64,000 bases of DNA, taken from assembly GCA_004431415.1 (NCBI GenBank), contig QPMI01000089.1:62001-126000 (forward strand), given 5' to 3'. Numbering within the stretch: position 1 is the first letter of the stretch; each line of letters begins with the position of its first letter. The notes beneath the pieces are model-generated. The model worked only from the letters and a program-made list of their open reading frames with translations. It searched no databases and was not told where the DNA came from. A program made the translations under genes and the position numbers. Below are positions 50,268 to 61,342 of this stretch, piece by piece. The DNA is from Cyanophora paradoxa CCMP329 (Eukaryota > Plantae > Glaucophyta).

Positions 50268-52047
50268 GGAGGAGGGAGGAGGCAGAGTGAGGAGGAGGAG
50301 GGGTGGCGGAGCGGCGGCAAGGGAGGGCGGCGGACTGCGAGACATTTCACTTCCAGGGCTCATGAGGGATGGAGGAGTTGATCAAGGGGTGGGCGCGCGG
50401 GCCTGGTTACGGCTATCACCGAAAACCATGGCTCCCCCACTCAGGCGAACCTCCCATATTGAGCGACCCATGGCCGGCACCTTGCTAGCGTCTTCGGCTA
50501 GACAGATGACCGGTCGGAAGGGCACGTCACGTAGAACATTGATACATGTGCCGTGGTGTATCAATGCGACGTCCACTTTTGCAAAAAAAAAGAGAGGTTT
50601 AGATTATAGTGCGCCTTCTCGGAGGCCCTAGCTTACTAGGCATAGCGCTAGCTACAGCTGCAGCTCACTTCGCTGCCCACCTCTGGTTTCTATTCTCGTC
50701 CCTGGGTAGTCACTCCCTTTCCCGCGTAGGATCTTTCCTGTGCTGCAGCTCTAGACTTAGTCCCCGGGGTAGCATCGCCAGTTACTTCCACATCCGAGCT
50801 CCACCCGGTCCGATGTCCGAAAGGCTTAGTCCCGTAGGCTCATCTCTCGACTTGACACAGATGGACACCTCAGTTACATCTCTAGCCATTTGTCTCGGTG
50901 TGTGCGAATTCATTTATAGGCTATCTGTGTGCAAGAGGGGGGGTACAGATGCAAGCAGCAAGCGAAATCCCCAATAGTCAGCTGGCTGTAAAACTAAGAG
51001 CTCGAGCAGCTCGAAAGCGAGCAGAACTCGAAAAGAATACTCTGCAGCAGAAAGCGAGTGAGTTCCAATCGCTGAAAGGAAGGTTTGTGTGCCGTCACGG
51101 CGTGATGTGCCGCGCAGTGCATATGCATGTGCATTGAACTTTAAACTTGAAGCTTAAGCTTTGTACGTACGACCGAATGGCAGGCCTGGGCAGCACGTAT
51201 TCCGAAAAGTTCATTTCGTACCGGCGGCACGTACTAGTACTCCCGCGGCGCGCAGCTGCAGCGGGGCCGAGCGGGGCCGAGCCTCGGAGTTCTAGCTATA
51301 GCCGCTGCCGCACGCGAGAGCTATGAGGCCCTTAGGGAGAGCGAACTTCGGAAGCTAGCGGGGAGAGCGGGTGAAGTCGCGGAGATCTAGCTATAGAGGC
51401 CGCCGGTTGCGAGCGACAACCAAGTGATTCACGTGTGGGCGCCGGGCGAGCGAGCTGCTGCGAGAGCTGCACTTGCAGATTCCGGTGCTACGCTCTGGAG
51501 CACGGATCCGCAGCGAGACAGCCCCCCGAGATGCACGGATCCGAAGCGAGCATGCGCACCGACGTGGCTGATCATGACGGGCGCGGCAGGGTCGCGGAAG
51601 AATGCCCCGCGCGCAGCATGGCCATGGCCGCGCAAAAGGCAGGTGTTGATCCGAATGCGTACCCCCCTAGATCCCACCTTCTCGATTTGACCCGACTCGG
51701 CCGCTCTTCAAATACTAGATGGCAGCCTCCCCATCGCGAGGATGACTGCAAGTAACACGGCGTGGCTGTGCCGGGGGGTGAGGATGGGCGTTGTAATCGG
51801 GTTCCGGAAGGGTTGTGACAAGCGCGCACACGCCCATCCGCCGCGCTCTTTTGCGGTATGGCTTTGTACGAATGTATACACGCAGTTTTCTTCTACTGGC
51901 CTCAGCCAGCTGCAGCTGCAGCCGCCCGGTCAATATCATGATCATGAGGTGCTTAAGCTTGCAACTGCGCTTCGTGCCTCGAGCTCGAGGCCTAGGTCCA
52001 AAGATAGGAGGCACACAGCCTCGTGCTCGAGCCTTATATAATTATAG

Positions 52048-52644
52048 AACGCATGCACAGCTTCGTGCTCGAGGACTGCCCGCACTTCGGCGCCTCCTTC
52101 CGCCTCCGCGGGGCGGCCTCCAGCTTCCTCAGCCCGCCCCTCGACCACTTCGAGGACTTCTCCCGCCGCGCCTTCTGCGCCCTCCTCTATTACATGTGCG
52201 CCCCCCGTAAATTAGTAACTTAGTAAATTAGCTAATTCTAAGCGCAGTTACACGGAATCCCTTCCGGAGGCCGGCGCGGCGGATGAGCTCGAGCTCGAGG
52301 ACCAACCATGGCCAGGAGAGCTGACACCCGACGAGGCGGTTCAGCTGCTGGCCGCCTCGCACATATATATACGGCAACGTTAACGCTCATTTCCGCGAGG
52401 TCCGCTTTGATTTCTGATCCGAATGCCAGCCTGGCGCGCGCGCTTGCGCTCAGGCCCGAGATCTGCATCCTTGCCGCAGTGCCAGACGGTGGAAGTGTAC
52501 ATCGGGGACGTGCAGCGTGGAATGGTGACGCGGGAGACGGTGGCGCACCTGCTCGAGGCGGCGCGCGAGTACGGGGCCGACCAGCTGGAGCGCCACTGCG
52601 TCGACCGCATGCAGGAGATCTTTGAATTCGGCTCGGAGGACTGA
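52048..52644 (+). pseudogene. BTB/POZ-domain gene fragment
   Basis: FEDFSRRAFCALLYYM and VYIGD..TRETVAHLLEAAREYGADQLERHC match the C-terminal half of a BTB domain. No intact 5' part found. Confidence 0.55.
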
Positions 52645-52737
52645 TCGATATCTGTACATGCATGTGTGATCATGAAGGACGAGATCGCGATCAATCGAAA
52701 TCCTGTACCTTCTGTTTTTTTTGTATGCATCATTTAC

Positions 52738-53035
52738 CGCCCCCATTTCACTCGCGATCGCACTGCATCACTGGAAGGCATCTCGCATTTGAAGTCCTCG
52801 CTGTACTTGCGCGAAATCCTCGCTTAGCGGCTGTCCTTGCGCGAAATCCTCGCTTAGCGGCTGTCCTTGCGCGAAATCCTCGCTTAGCGGCTGTCCTTGC
52901 GCGAAATCCTCGCTTAGCGGCTGTCCTTGCGCGGAATCTTTGAATTCAATGGCGGCTGTCCTTCACACGATTATTTGCGCGAAATACGCGAAATTCTCCT
53001 TCTCACGATCTTTGCGCGAGTGAAATGGGGGGGCG
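52738..53035. mobile_element. MITE with ~17-bp TIRs enclosing a 30-bp tandem repeat
   Basis: CCCCCATTTCACTCGCG (52740) / CGCGAGTGAAATGGGGG (53015). Internal GCTGTCCTTGCGCGAAATCCTCGCTTAGCG x~4.5 at 52800-52935. Confidence 0.75.
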
Positions 53036-53294
53036 CAGCGGTACCTGGAGGCGTATGAGAGCGGGGAAAGAGGTGTGCACGTGCACGCTAGCCTTAGCAG
53101 TCTATTCAGAAAGCCCAGTCTCGAGGAGGAGGAACCGCCTGCCGCGCCGAGTCTCTTGCTGTTCAAGAGTTTAAAAACGTTGAAGCTGACAGGCGGATGA
53201 AACAAGTTACATTCGAATTCTACGTTATTCGCCGATCCATGCCACGACCATCAGATCCGCGGAGGGCGGCGGGGGCGGCCCGCGGGGTACGGCT

Positions 53295-55100
53295 CTACGG
53301 GCGGCGCCAGGCGGAGTGGCGCTCGACAGTCCCCAGCACGTCGTCCTTCCGCACCGGCCTGCCGCGGCGGCCGGGTCAGAGGCAGGCCCGCAGGCTCAAG
53401 GGTCCGTTTTTTTTGCAAAAGTGGACGTCGCATTGATACACCACGGCACATGTATCAATGTTCTACGTGACGTGCCCTTCCGACCGGTCATCTATCTAGC
53501 CGAGGGTGCTAGCTAGGTGCCGGCCATGGGTCGCTCAATATGGGAGGTTCGCCTGAGTGGGGGAGCCATGGTTTTCGGTGATAGCCGTAACCAGACCCAC
53601 GCGCCCACCCCTTGATCAACTCCTCCATCCCTCATGAGCCCTGGAAGTGAAATGTCTCGCAGTCCGCCGCCCTCCCTTGCCGCCGCTTCGCCACGCCTCC
53701 TCCTCCCCACTCCGCCTCCTCCCTCCTCCTCACCTGCGCCCCAGGACCCCGATTAATCGGTGTCCCGTTTTGTCGAGGTGAAGAAGGTGGTAGGAGGAAG
53801 ATATGAGGAAGGAGAGGGAGTGGGCGGAGGCAGCAGCTTGGGGCGGGCAGCGGATGCGGGGCAAGGCAGGGAGGGGTGCCGGGACAGCAGTGTGGAGTGA
53901 GCGTGGGCATTGGCAGGCGGCGCAGAGAGCTGGGAGTGCGGAGACGAGGCGGGCCGCGAGGGGTCGGGAGGGGTCGACCGGGTTAGAGGGGGGGGCCGAG
54001 GCCAGGGGGGCGGCCGAAGCCATGGGGTTGGCCGAAGCCAGGGGGGTGGCCGAAGCCGATGGGGTGGCCGAAGCCAAAGGGGGGGCCGAGGCCATTGGGG
54101 GGGCCGAAGCCATAGGGGTGGCCGGAGCCAGCGGGGGGTCTGACACTTGAGGGCCGGTTGGGGTCGGGGGGGAGACCGTAGGGGGCCGAGGGGCAGCGTC
54201 TTGCGAGGTCCCGAGCGGGGGGGTCAGCTGAAGCGAGGGGGGGGAGGGGGAGTTGGCTGCTTGCAGCGTCGTAAGTGGTTTGTACACTCCAGGTGCAAAG
54301 AGGGACGTGATTGTGGGTTGCCCCGTGGGTATCGGCACCGTTCGCGCTTTTTTGGTCATGCGCCTGGGAGTCTTGCGGCCGGTTGCCTTTCTTTTTACCG
54401 TAGGTACGGGCCGGGCGGGTGTAGAGGCGGGAGGGGGAGGGGTCGCGGGGCGCGGGCATTTGGATGCCGGGGCGGAGGGGGTATCGGCTGTCCGTTTACG
54501 TGAGGCAGGCGACGGGCGTGTTCGTTTCGGGGGAGGGGCCAGGGGGGGCCCCGGGGCGGGGCGTTTGGAAGGTTGGGTAGTGTTCGTAGAACCCGCGGGC
54601 GAAGCGGGCAGGCTGCCAGTGTCGGAGTTCTCGTGTGACTGTCGTGCTGGGGGTACCGCAGGTGGGGAGGCAGGGCAGGAGGTGATCTCAGGGCGGGCGG
54701 GGCATTTTCCCCGTCTGGCGTCGGAGTGGGCCTGGAGGGCAGATGCAGAGGCGAATCGAGTGCCGCAGGTGCAGGAGAAGTCAGACGTCCCGGCGGCGGA
54801 TCCTGCATCGGGCAGCGGAGGGGAGGGGGGGGCCTGGGGTGAGGGGGCGACGGGGAGTCGTGCAATTGCTTGGCGCAGGCTCAAGGGTCCGGGCCCGGGC
54901 CCTGGGGCCGGTCGAGAGGGGACGGGGGCGAGGTGGGAGGCCGGGGAGGCCTAGGGTCCCCCTACATTCTTTTAACCGCTCTAAACCTCGCGGGCCGGGG
55001 CGGGGGCGGGGCCGGGGGCGCGCTTGACGAGGACGGCGTTCATACCGGCCTCGAGGCACCGCCGCAGGCTTGCCTCCATCGCGTTCGCCGTCAGTGCCTG
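53295..55100 (-). pseudogene. 3'-terminal fragment of a response-regulator receiver (hybrid histidine kinase type) gene; intron holds the truncated LINE
   Basis: Exon ALTANAMEASLRRCLEAGMNAVLVK (~55025-55098) splices to PVRKDDVLGTVERHSAWRRP* (~53367-53295), restoring the conserved KP. Upstream exons are absent. Confidence 0.75.
53407..54875 (-). mobile_element. 5'-truncated copy (~1.47 kb) of a diverged member of the giant retrotransposon family
   Basis: Reverse-complement homolog of ~49097-50590 with poly(T) at 53407. TSD (CG)CAGGCTCAAGGGTCCG at 53389-53406 and 54874-54891. Confidence 0.93.
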
Positions 55101-55109
55101 AGGCGCTCG

Positions 55110-56143
55110 GAGCGCCGGCGCCCGCGGCTCGAAGGCCGCCGGGGCGGGCGGCGCCTCCTCGCGAGCTCCCAGTGCCCCGCGCACCTCTCGTACTGGACGG
55201 GCGCCCCCCTCGCGGCCGCCGCGCTCGCCCCCCTCGTCCTCCTCGCCCTGCCAGGCTGGCGCCCTTCGTCCGCGTCGCCATCGAGCCGCTCGCCCGAGCT
55301 GGGGCCCGGGTCGGTGCCGGTGAGGGCGCAAGCAGTCTCCTGATCATGAGCGAGGTTTGTTTGCCCCCCAGACCGCCCTTCCTTCGCTTACGCGCCCCTG
55401 ACCCCGCAGGACTCGCGGCTGCCCGCGGGGCACCCGCCGGTGAAGGCGGACCGGGGCGATCGCGAGTGCCCCTACAGCGGGAAGCAGGGCGCGCCCCGGC
55501 GGGCGTCGACTTTGAACTGCCCCGTGCACCTCTCCTTCTGGCTGCAGCGCCCTCTCCTCTCCGCTGCCGCCACCGCCGGCTCGCTCTCTTCGCCCGCGCC
55601 GTCCACACGGCCTGGCCCCGGCCCCGGCCCGCCCCGAAGCCCCTCAATGTCCAGGGCTGACGGACTCGTTTCGAATTCGTCCGCGTAGACTCTTGATCAT
55701 GATTTATTTTTAGTCTTATCTTTTCTCTTATAATTATCGCTTACTTTCAATCGTCTTCTTAGCTACATCGAGGCATCTAGCTGTAGTCTCTAGGTCTGAG
55801 CCTCTCGCTTCTCAAAAGTTGACAGGCGGTTGAAGCTTGAAGTACTTGTACCCCTGGTTTCGGTCGAATTTCCGAGCGAGTCTGAAGGTGACGTCGACTG
55901 ACTCGGGTGCACCCGAATCAGCACGCACTAGTGAGCTTCGCAGCGGGCCCCGACCAGTACTTCGAATGGCCGCGCGGCCGGCGTTTACAGCGCTCGCGTT
56001 CTCTCCGCCCGCAAACCCGGCGGGCTCTCCGGCCCCCCCCCCCCATCCGCCCCCGCGGACGGGATGTTCCACCTGATCGACACCGTGGCGCGCCGGACGT
56101 GGCGGAGGCGGCGCTGGGGCACCTCGAGGGCGCCGCGCGGCTC
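55110..56143 (+). pseudogene. Inverted duplicate of ~14322-15320 (heme oxygenase 3' end, intergenic DNA, EXD1-like 5' end)
   Basis: Contains QCPAHLSYWTG, LPAGHPPVKAD, WPRPRPAPKPLNVQG*, the shared intergenic sequence and FHLIDT..AEAALGHLEGAARL, with indels. Confidence 0.88.
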
Positions 56144-56650
56144 TTTTCTCTTATCGCTTATCGCTTATTCTCAATCTTCTTCTTCGCCATATCGAGGGAT
56201 CGAGTCTCCGAGTGCTGCTCGCGATGGGCGAGCCCGGCCGAGCCGCGGGGAAAGCGATCGATTAATATTTAGCGACTCAATCGATATCAGATGAATTCAA
56301 TTATCAATTCCTAATTAACGCACGCGGCCCTATAGCTATATGGCCTGGCTGGTTTGGGCCCCGGGACTTTGGGGCCCAAATTTGGGGGTTGATGATGCAT
56401 GCAGATCTAGAGCTCGACATGCAGAGTCGAGCTCTGGGATTCTTCAGCTGAAGTTCTCTTTCGAGCTCGAAACCTACTATTCCATCATGCGCTAGAGCTC
56501 TCGAGCTCGAATTCGAAACCCACTTTTCAATTATGGTCGTGATAACCGAACCGGCGCCTCTCCTTGGAACGCGCACTAGCTAGCGCTCGGCTGACCACTG
56601 TGACCAGCGACGTCGACGCGCCTAGTATACGTATCGGCGCTCTGAAGACG

Positions 56651-59600
56651 ATGCTGCAGTCTCAGCCGGCGCCCGCATCGACGGCCGCGGCCGCGGCCGG
56701 CGCGGGCGGCGCCGGCGCTCGGCGCTCTCGCGTGAAGGAGTTCGGGCAAAAGTCCTCCCGCACGCGCAACATCAAGAATGTGCTTCACCAGTACCTTGAG
56801 GGCACGCAGATCTTCCGTGCGTCGCCATGAGCTGCCGTCAGCGCGCGCGCGTGCGCGCGTTCGACCCCGCGATATTATTTTGTGACGTCGACATCTCTCG
56901 CGAAGGGGAGCTGATGCAGAATGCGGACGATGCCCGCGCAACGTGCGCGCTTCTTTATTTTAATTCGCATCTATCTCGCCATGGCCATGGCCCCCGCGCC
57001 TGATCATGGCGCGCGCAGGCGCATTGCGTTCGTGGTCGACCTGCGGACGGACCATCCGGCGGACAAGCTCGTAGCGACGGGCGGGACGCGGGGCCGGGAG
57101 CAGGTGGCGGCCCTGCAGCGCGCCCCGGCGCTCCTTGTCTTCAACGATCGGCCCTTCTCCGAGGAGGATTTCGAGGCCATCAGGAAGCTCGGCGACAGCG
57201 ACAAAGCGCGCTCGACGAACAAGATCGGCCAGTGGGGGCTCGGCTTCACCAGGTGGGGGCTCGGCTTCGAGTTCATTGGCATACTTCCGGATCCGATCGT
57301 TGACACACTCGCGCGCAGCGTCTATCATTTGACCGACTTCCCAGGTGCGCATGCCCAGGTCTAGAACTCGAGGTCGACGTATAGCTGTAAGGTCGACGTC
57401 TAGAATAAAGGTTGCACCGTCTTTAACGGACCGGAGTCCTTTTTGCCTGTCCTTTTACCCCGTCTCGTTCCACTGCCTTTAGAATTTGTATCGAATTTCT
57501 CCTTAATACGGTCATGCCCCACTTGGCCATCCCCTGTACATGTTCTCTTCCTCTGCAGCTGCCCCTTGTCTTCGCTTCCCCTCCTTGCTAATAAATAACC
57601 CTTTTCTGACCATCTCTCGCTTACACTAACCCCTCCCCAGCGCCTCCCTCCCTCCCCCATTTTCAGCAACCCCATTTTACACTTTCCGCTTTAATTCATT
57701 TCCAAGCCTAAGCGTGCATCTTTAATTTTCCACGAGCACAGGACTGGTCTCGAGCGGGGATCTTGGGCTCGTCGACCCGCACGAGTGGTATATTGAACCC
57801 AAGGGCGGGGCCCGATTCTCCCTGAACGTGCGTCGGCCCGCGGCCCACCCCGCCTGCTTAATTATACCCTAAGCTTCTTGAAAGCTTAAGCGGCCCGCTT
57901 GCTTAAGCTTCTTATAAGCTCGCTTAATAATGTGCGCCGGCCCGCCCCGCTTAAGCTTGCTTTCTGAAATTCGTTCGAATTCCCCGTCTCGGCTTTAAGC
58001 TTGTGCCGCAGGACGTGGACGAGGACGACGAGGCGGGCCGGACCTTTGCGGAGCGGTACGCGGACCAGCTCGCGCCCTTCCGCCTCGTCCTGGCGGACGG
58101 GATGCGCTGCGAGCCCGCCGACCCCGCCTTCTCCGGCACCGTCTTCCGCTTCCCGCTCCGCATCGCCCGTGAGTCCTCTTATTTTATGTAACGTGCTCGA
58201 AATATTAATTGCATTTATAAACGTATACGTAATTATCGTTTATAGACGTAATTATTCCGGTTGCGCCTCGTTTTGCGCTCGAGCTTGTTAGAAATTGACG
58301 CCTCGGGCGCAAGCAGGGAGCGAGATTGGGGACGGCCCGTTCGCGGCGGAGGAACTGGAGCGGCTCGTGGCGCAGTTCGAGGGGGAAGCTCATGATCAAC
58401 GCCTCCTCACCTTCCTCTCCTCCCTCGCCCACGTCGAGACCTACGTCTGGCGCCACGGCGAGGAGCGGCCCCACCTCAGCTTCTCCTGCAGCGTCGGCGG
58501 CGACCTCGCTGCGCGGGCGCGCTTCTGGCCGACGCTACCCGACCCGTCGGGCTGGTGCGCGCCGTGCCAGAATGGATTCCGGCTGGAGCTCCGCTGGCGG
58601 ATGGAGGGCGGCGAGGAGCACAAGGAGGAGGTCGTGGTCGCAAGCCGCTTCGGCGCCGCGGGCTTTGCTGCCTTCGAGTCGCACGAGCACCTCGCCCACG
58701 GCCTTCGCTTCATCCCCTTCGGCGCCGTCGCAGTGGGTGCGGAGCGGAGCCGCAGGGCGGGCCGTTTGTTCTGTTTCCTGCCCATTGGCGAACTCCCCTC
58801 GGGCGAGGCGGCCGACACGCACGGCTTTTTCGCCCTCTTTCCGGAACGGCGCAAATACGTCTGGGGCAAGGACCTCAGCGTTCGTGCTTTCGAAATTCTC
58901 TTCGCATTCGCTTATTCACGACTCCACTAATTATAATCCGCTCCGCTCCGCTGCAGGGCTCATCTGCGTTGCAGGCGAAGTGGAACAGCTTCCTCTTCGC
59001 GGAGATCGTCGGTCCCGCCCTCGCGGACCTCGTCGAGATGCTCGCAGGATCCGGAGCTGCGGCCGCAGCGGATGGCGGTCCCGCTGCCTTGCCGCAGGGA
59101 TTCTACAACATCTTCCCACACTCGCCGGAAGACCCTGCCGACGTGAGCGTCAAATTTGATGCATATTGCTGCGCTGCGCGCAGCTGGTCTCTGCCAAAAA
59201 CTTGTCGATTTACTCACACATTATACAGATGATAATGAACGAACACTCCCCCGTCGTCGCTAGCAGCTTCTACCGTTCTATCGCGTCCCGGTCGGTCCTG
59301 TTGTCGGCCAGCGGGCAGTGGCTTGCTGCGCACGAGGTGTTGCAGGGCGTTGGAGTCTCGGGAATCGCTCCTGGCACAGCACTCTGGTCTTACTTGTCGG
59401 CCTCTGGCCTGCCCCTCGTCGACTTGCCGGTCCATGTCGTCCAGGGCCTTTGCTCTGCGGGCTCTCCCGTGCGGGCCGTCACCGTTCAGGACATTGTAGC
59501 GCACATCCGCTCTCTGGCCGATCGCGGCGCGGCCGCCCCCGACCCCGCAGCGGCGGCTGAGCTCGTAGAGCTGCTGGCGGCTGCGGCCCCGACGGAGGTC

Positions 59601-59872
59601 TCGGTGCAGGAGCTGCTCGGTGCCCTGTGGCTCCCGGTCGACGGCGGCAGCTCTGTCCGTCTTCTGCGAAGCTCTGATCATGAGAAAGGTGACTTCGTCT
59701 ACGTCCTGCTTCCTCCCGCGGCCGGCGGCAGAGTCTCAGATGATCTGGCGTTCGGTCTCTTCCCTGCCGCAAAACCGTTGGCCGTCAGCTCGGCGCCGGC
59801 GCTCTCTCCGACAGCGCAGGGTTGGCTGTACAACCAGGTCGCCGACGCAAAGCCTGCATCAAACCTCCGCCG
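56651..59872 (+). CDS. Sacsin-like protein (N-terminal GHKL/HSP90-like sacsin repeat), interrupted by a viral insertion
   Basis: FGQKSSRTRNIKNVLHQY, ELMQNADDA, PALLVFNDRPFSEEDF, KIGQWGLGF.SVYHLTDFP, GTVFRFPLR, GRLFCFLP, HGFFAL..R, WNSFLF. The coding frame runs straight into AT-rich DNA at ~59873. Confidence 0.88.
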
Positions 59873-60202
59873 CACACATATAAAAACAAATATTATTATC
59901 CCTCGCGTTCCGCTCAGGATAATAATATTTGTTTTTATATGTGTGTTACTATAAGTTATATAAAGATATTAGCATTTTTATCATAGTGTATATCGATATC
60001 TGATATGTATTTTATCGGTAGTTCGTAAACGAATCAATAAAAAATAATATATGTATCGTGAAATCTTTGTAAATTATGTATATAAAAATATGTAGTCGCG
60101 ATATAGCCGATATGTGTTTACGATGCGCGATGTGTATCTAAAATAATTACAATGTGCTGCTTGGGACGCGCCACATATAGTCATGTGTATCATCTATGTA
60201 GC

Positions 60203-60795
60203 TTCGATAGGGTGGGGCGGGTGGGGTGAGGTGGGGCATTTTTTTGAATTCCCTAAAATAATTCCCCCTCAAAAAGTTTTGGTCAAAAAAGACCCCACCC
60301 AACCCCACTTACCCCACCCTGTATCTTTTATTATATTCATGATTGATTTCAATGTGATTAATGTATAAAGTATAGAGATTATGTATGTTAAATTAATACC
60401 GGGTGGGGTGTGAGGGTGGGGTGTGAAGGTGGTATCAGCCAACCATTTAATAATTACGATATTGAACCGACGTGATACCGACGAGATATGATATAATCGG
60501 ATCGTATTAGAACGGCGCGATCACTAAGAAAAACAAGTATCATGTGCTGTATATTTCGCGATCCCTGAATCGCGAATCGATAGGGTGGGGTGAGAAAGTG
60601 GGGCACCACCCTCACTGTATACACTGTCATATGATCGCAATCCCGATGTAGCCTACTATGATATCGTGCGTACTTCGATAGGGTGGGGTAAGTGGGGTGA
60701 GGTGGGGCTTTTTTTTGAATCCCTTAAATTTTTGGGGGGTCAAATATTTTTGGGCAAAAAAGACCCCACCCAACCCCACCCTCCCCACCCTGTAT
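60203..60795. repeat. Duplicated ~120-bp G/C-tract hairpins in the viral terminal region
   Basis: GATAGGGTGGGG..GTGGGGTGAGGTGGGG...CAAAAAAGACCCCACCCAACCCCAC..CCCCACCCTGTAT at ~60205-60325 and ~60678-60795. Confidence 0.85.
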
Positions 60796-61069
60796 TACTT
60801 ATCGATACACCTCACTTATTTCAATGTACAAACTCTAATTAAATAGATAGTAAATATGTATAGAAATAACGAGATTGTAGTATAGGGTGGGGTGTAGGGT
60901 GGGGGCAAAATGCAAACTGAATCAGTGCGATATAATTTAGTGAACACGAAGTGGATACGAAGTGGATACGAAGTGGATACGAAGGGGATAAGTGCGCCCC
61001 GCCCACTATGCAAGATACATGCCTTTCTTATGCATGATCTATGAAAAATAACAATAAACCCATCTCTCT

Positions 61070-61333
61070 TTACATAGGAGCACTCACAGGAATTTCGCTT
61101 GCCTTTCGAACAGTCCCCCGATTAAACGCTTGCTCTACAATCGCTTCCTTTGTGAGTGGAATCGGAATTCCAGCACCAATACACGATTTAACTTCTTTGT
61201 CCACGATTTCATCCACAGCGATTCTCGCCCTATTATGAGCTACATTATCAATCCATTCCTGAACAGAGAAGGCACAGTATTCCATTCCCAGTTTCTCGGT
61301 ATCAGTTAGAACGACTTGGTAGATGTTCGACAT
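61070..61333 (-). CDS. 87-aa phage-like protein, probable fibre partner/chaperone
   Basis: LTDTEKLGMEY.A.SVQEWIDN..HNRARIAVDEI..QAF..G.V resembles small proteins I recall downstream of C1q-domain fibres in aquatic tailed phages. Not searched. Confidence 0.65.
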   Translation of the reverse strand: MSNIYQVVLTDTEKLGMEYCAFSVQEWIDNVAHNRARIAVDEIVDKEVKSCIGAGIPIPLTKEAIVEQAFNRGTVRKASEIPVSAPM

Positions 61334-61342
61334 TCTTTTACT

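Larger units (their letters stand above)
30963..50590 (+). mobile_element. Giant (~19.6 kb) full-length non-LTR retrotransposon (APE-RT-RNase H-CCHC, L1-like)
   Basis: Perfect 19-bp TSD AGAGAGGTTTAGATTATAG at 30944-30962 and 50591-50609. Poly(A) at 50583-50590. Intronless and C-rich on the sense strand throughout. Confidence 0.93.

Noticed and set aside
52800-52935. 30-bp repeats resembling a CRISPR array
   Set aside because: Units are contiguous with no spacers, there are no cas genes, and they sit inside MITE TIRs in a eukaryotic context.
49097-54875. Large inverted repeat as TIRs of one DNA element or LTRs
   Set aside because: Each copy has its own poly(A) and TSD, so they are independent retrotranspositions.
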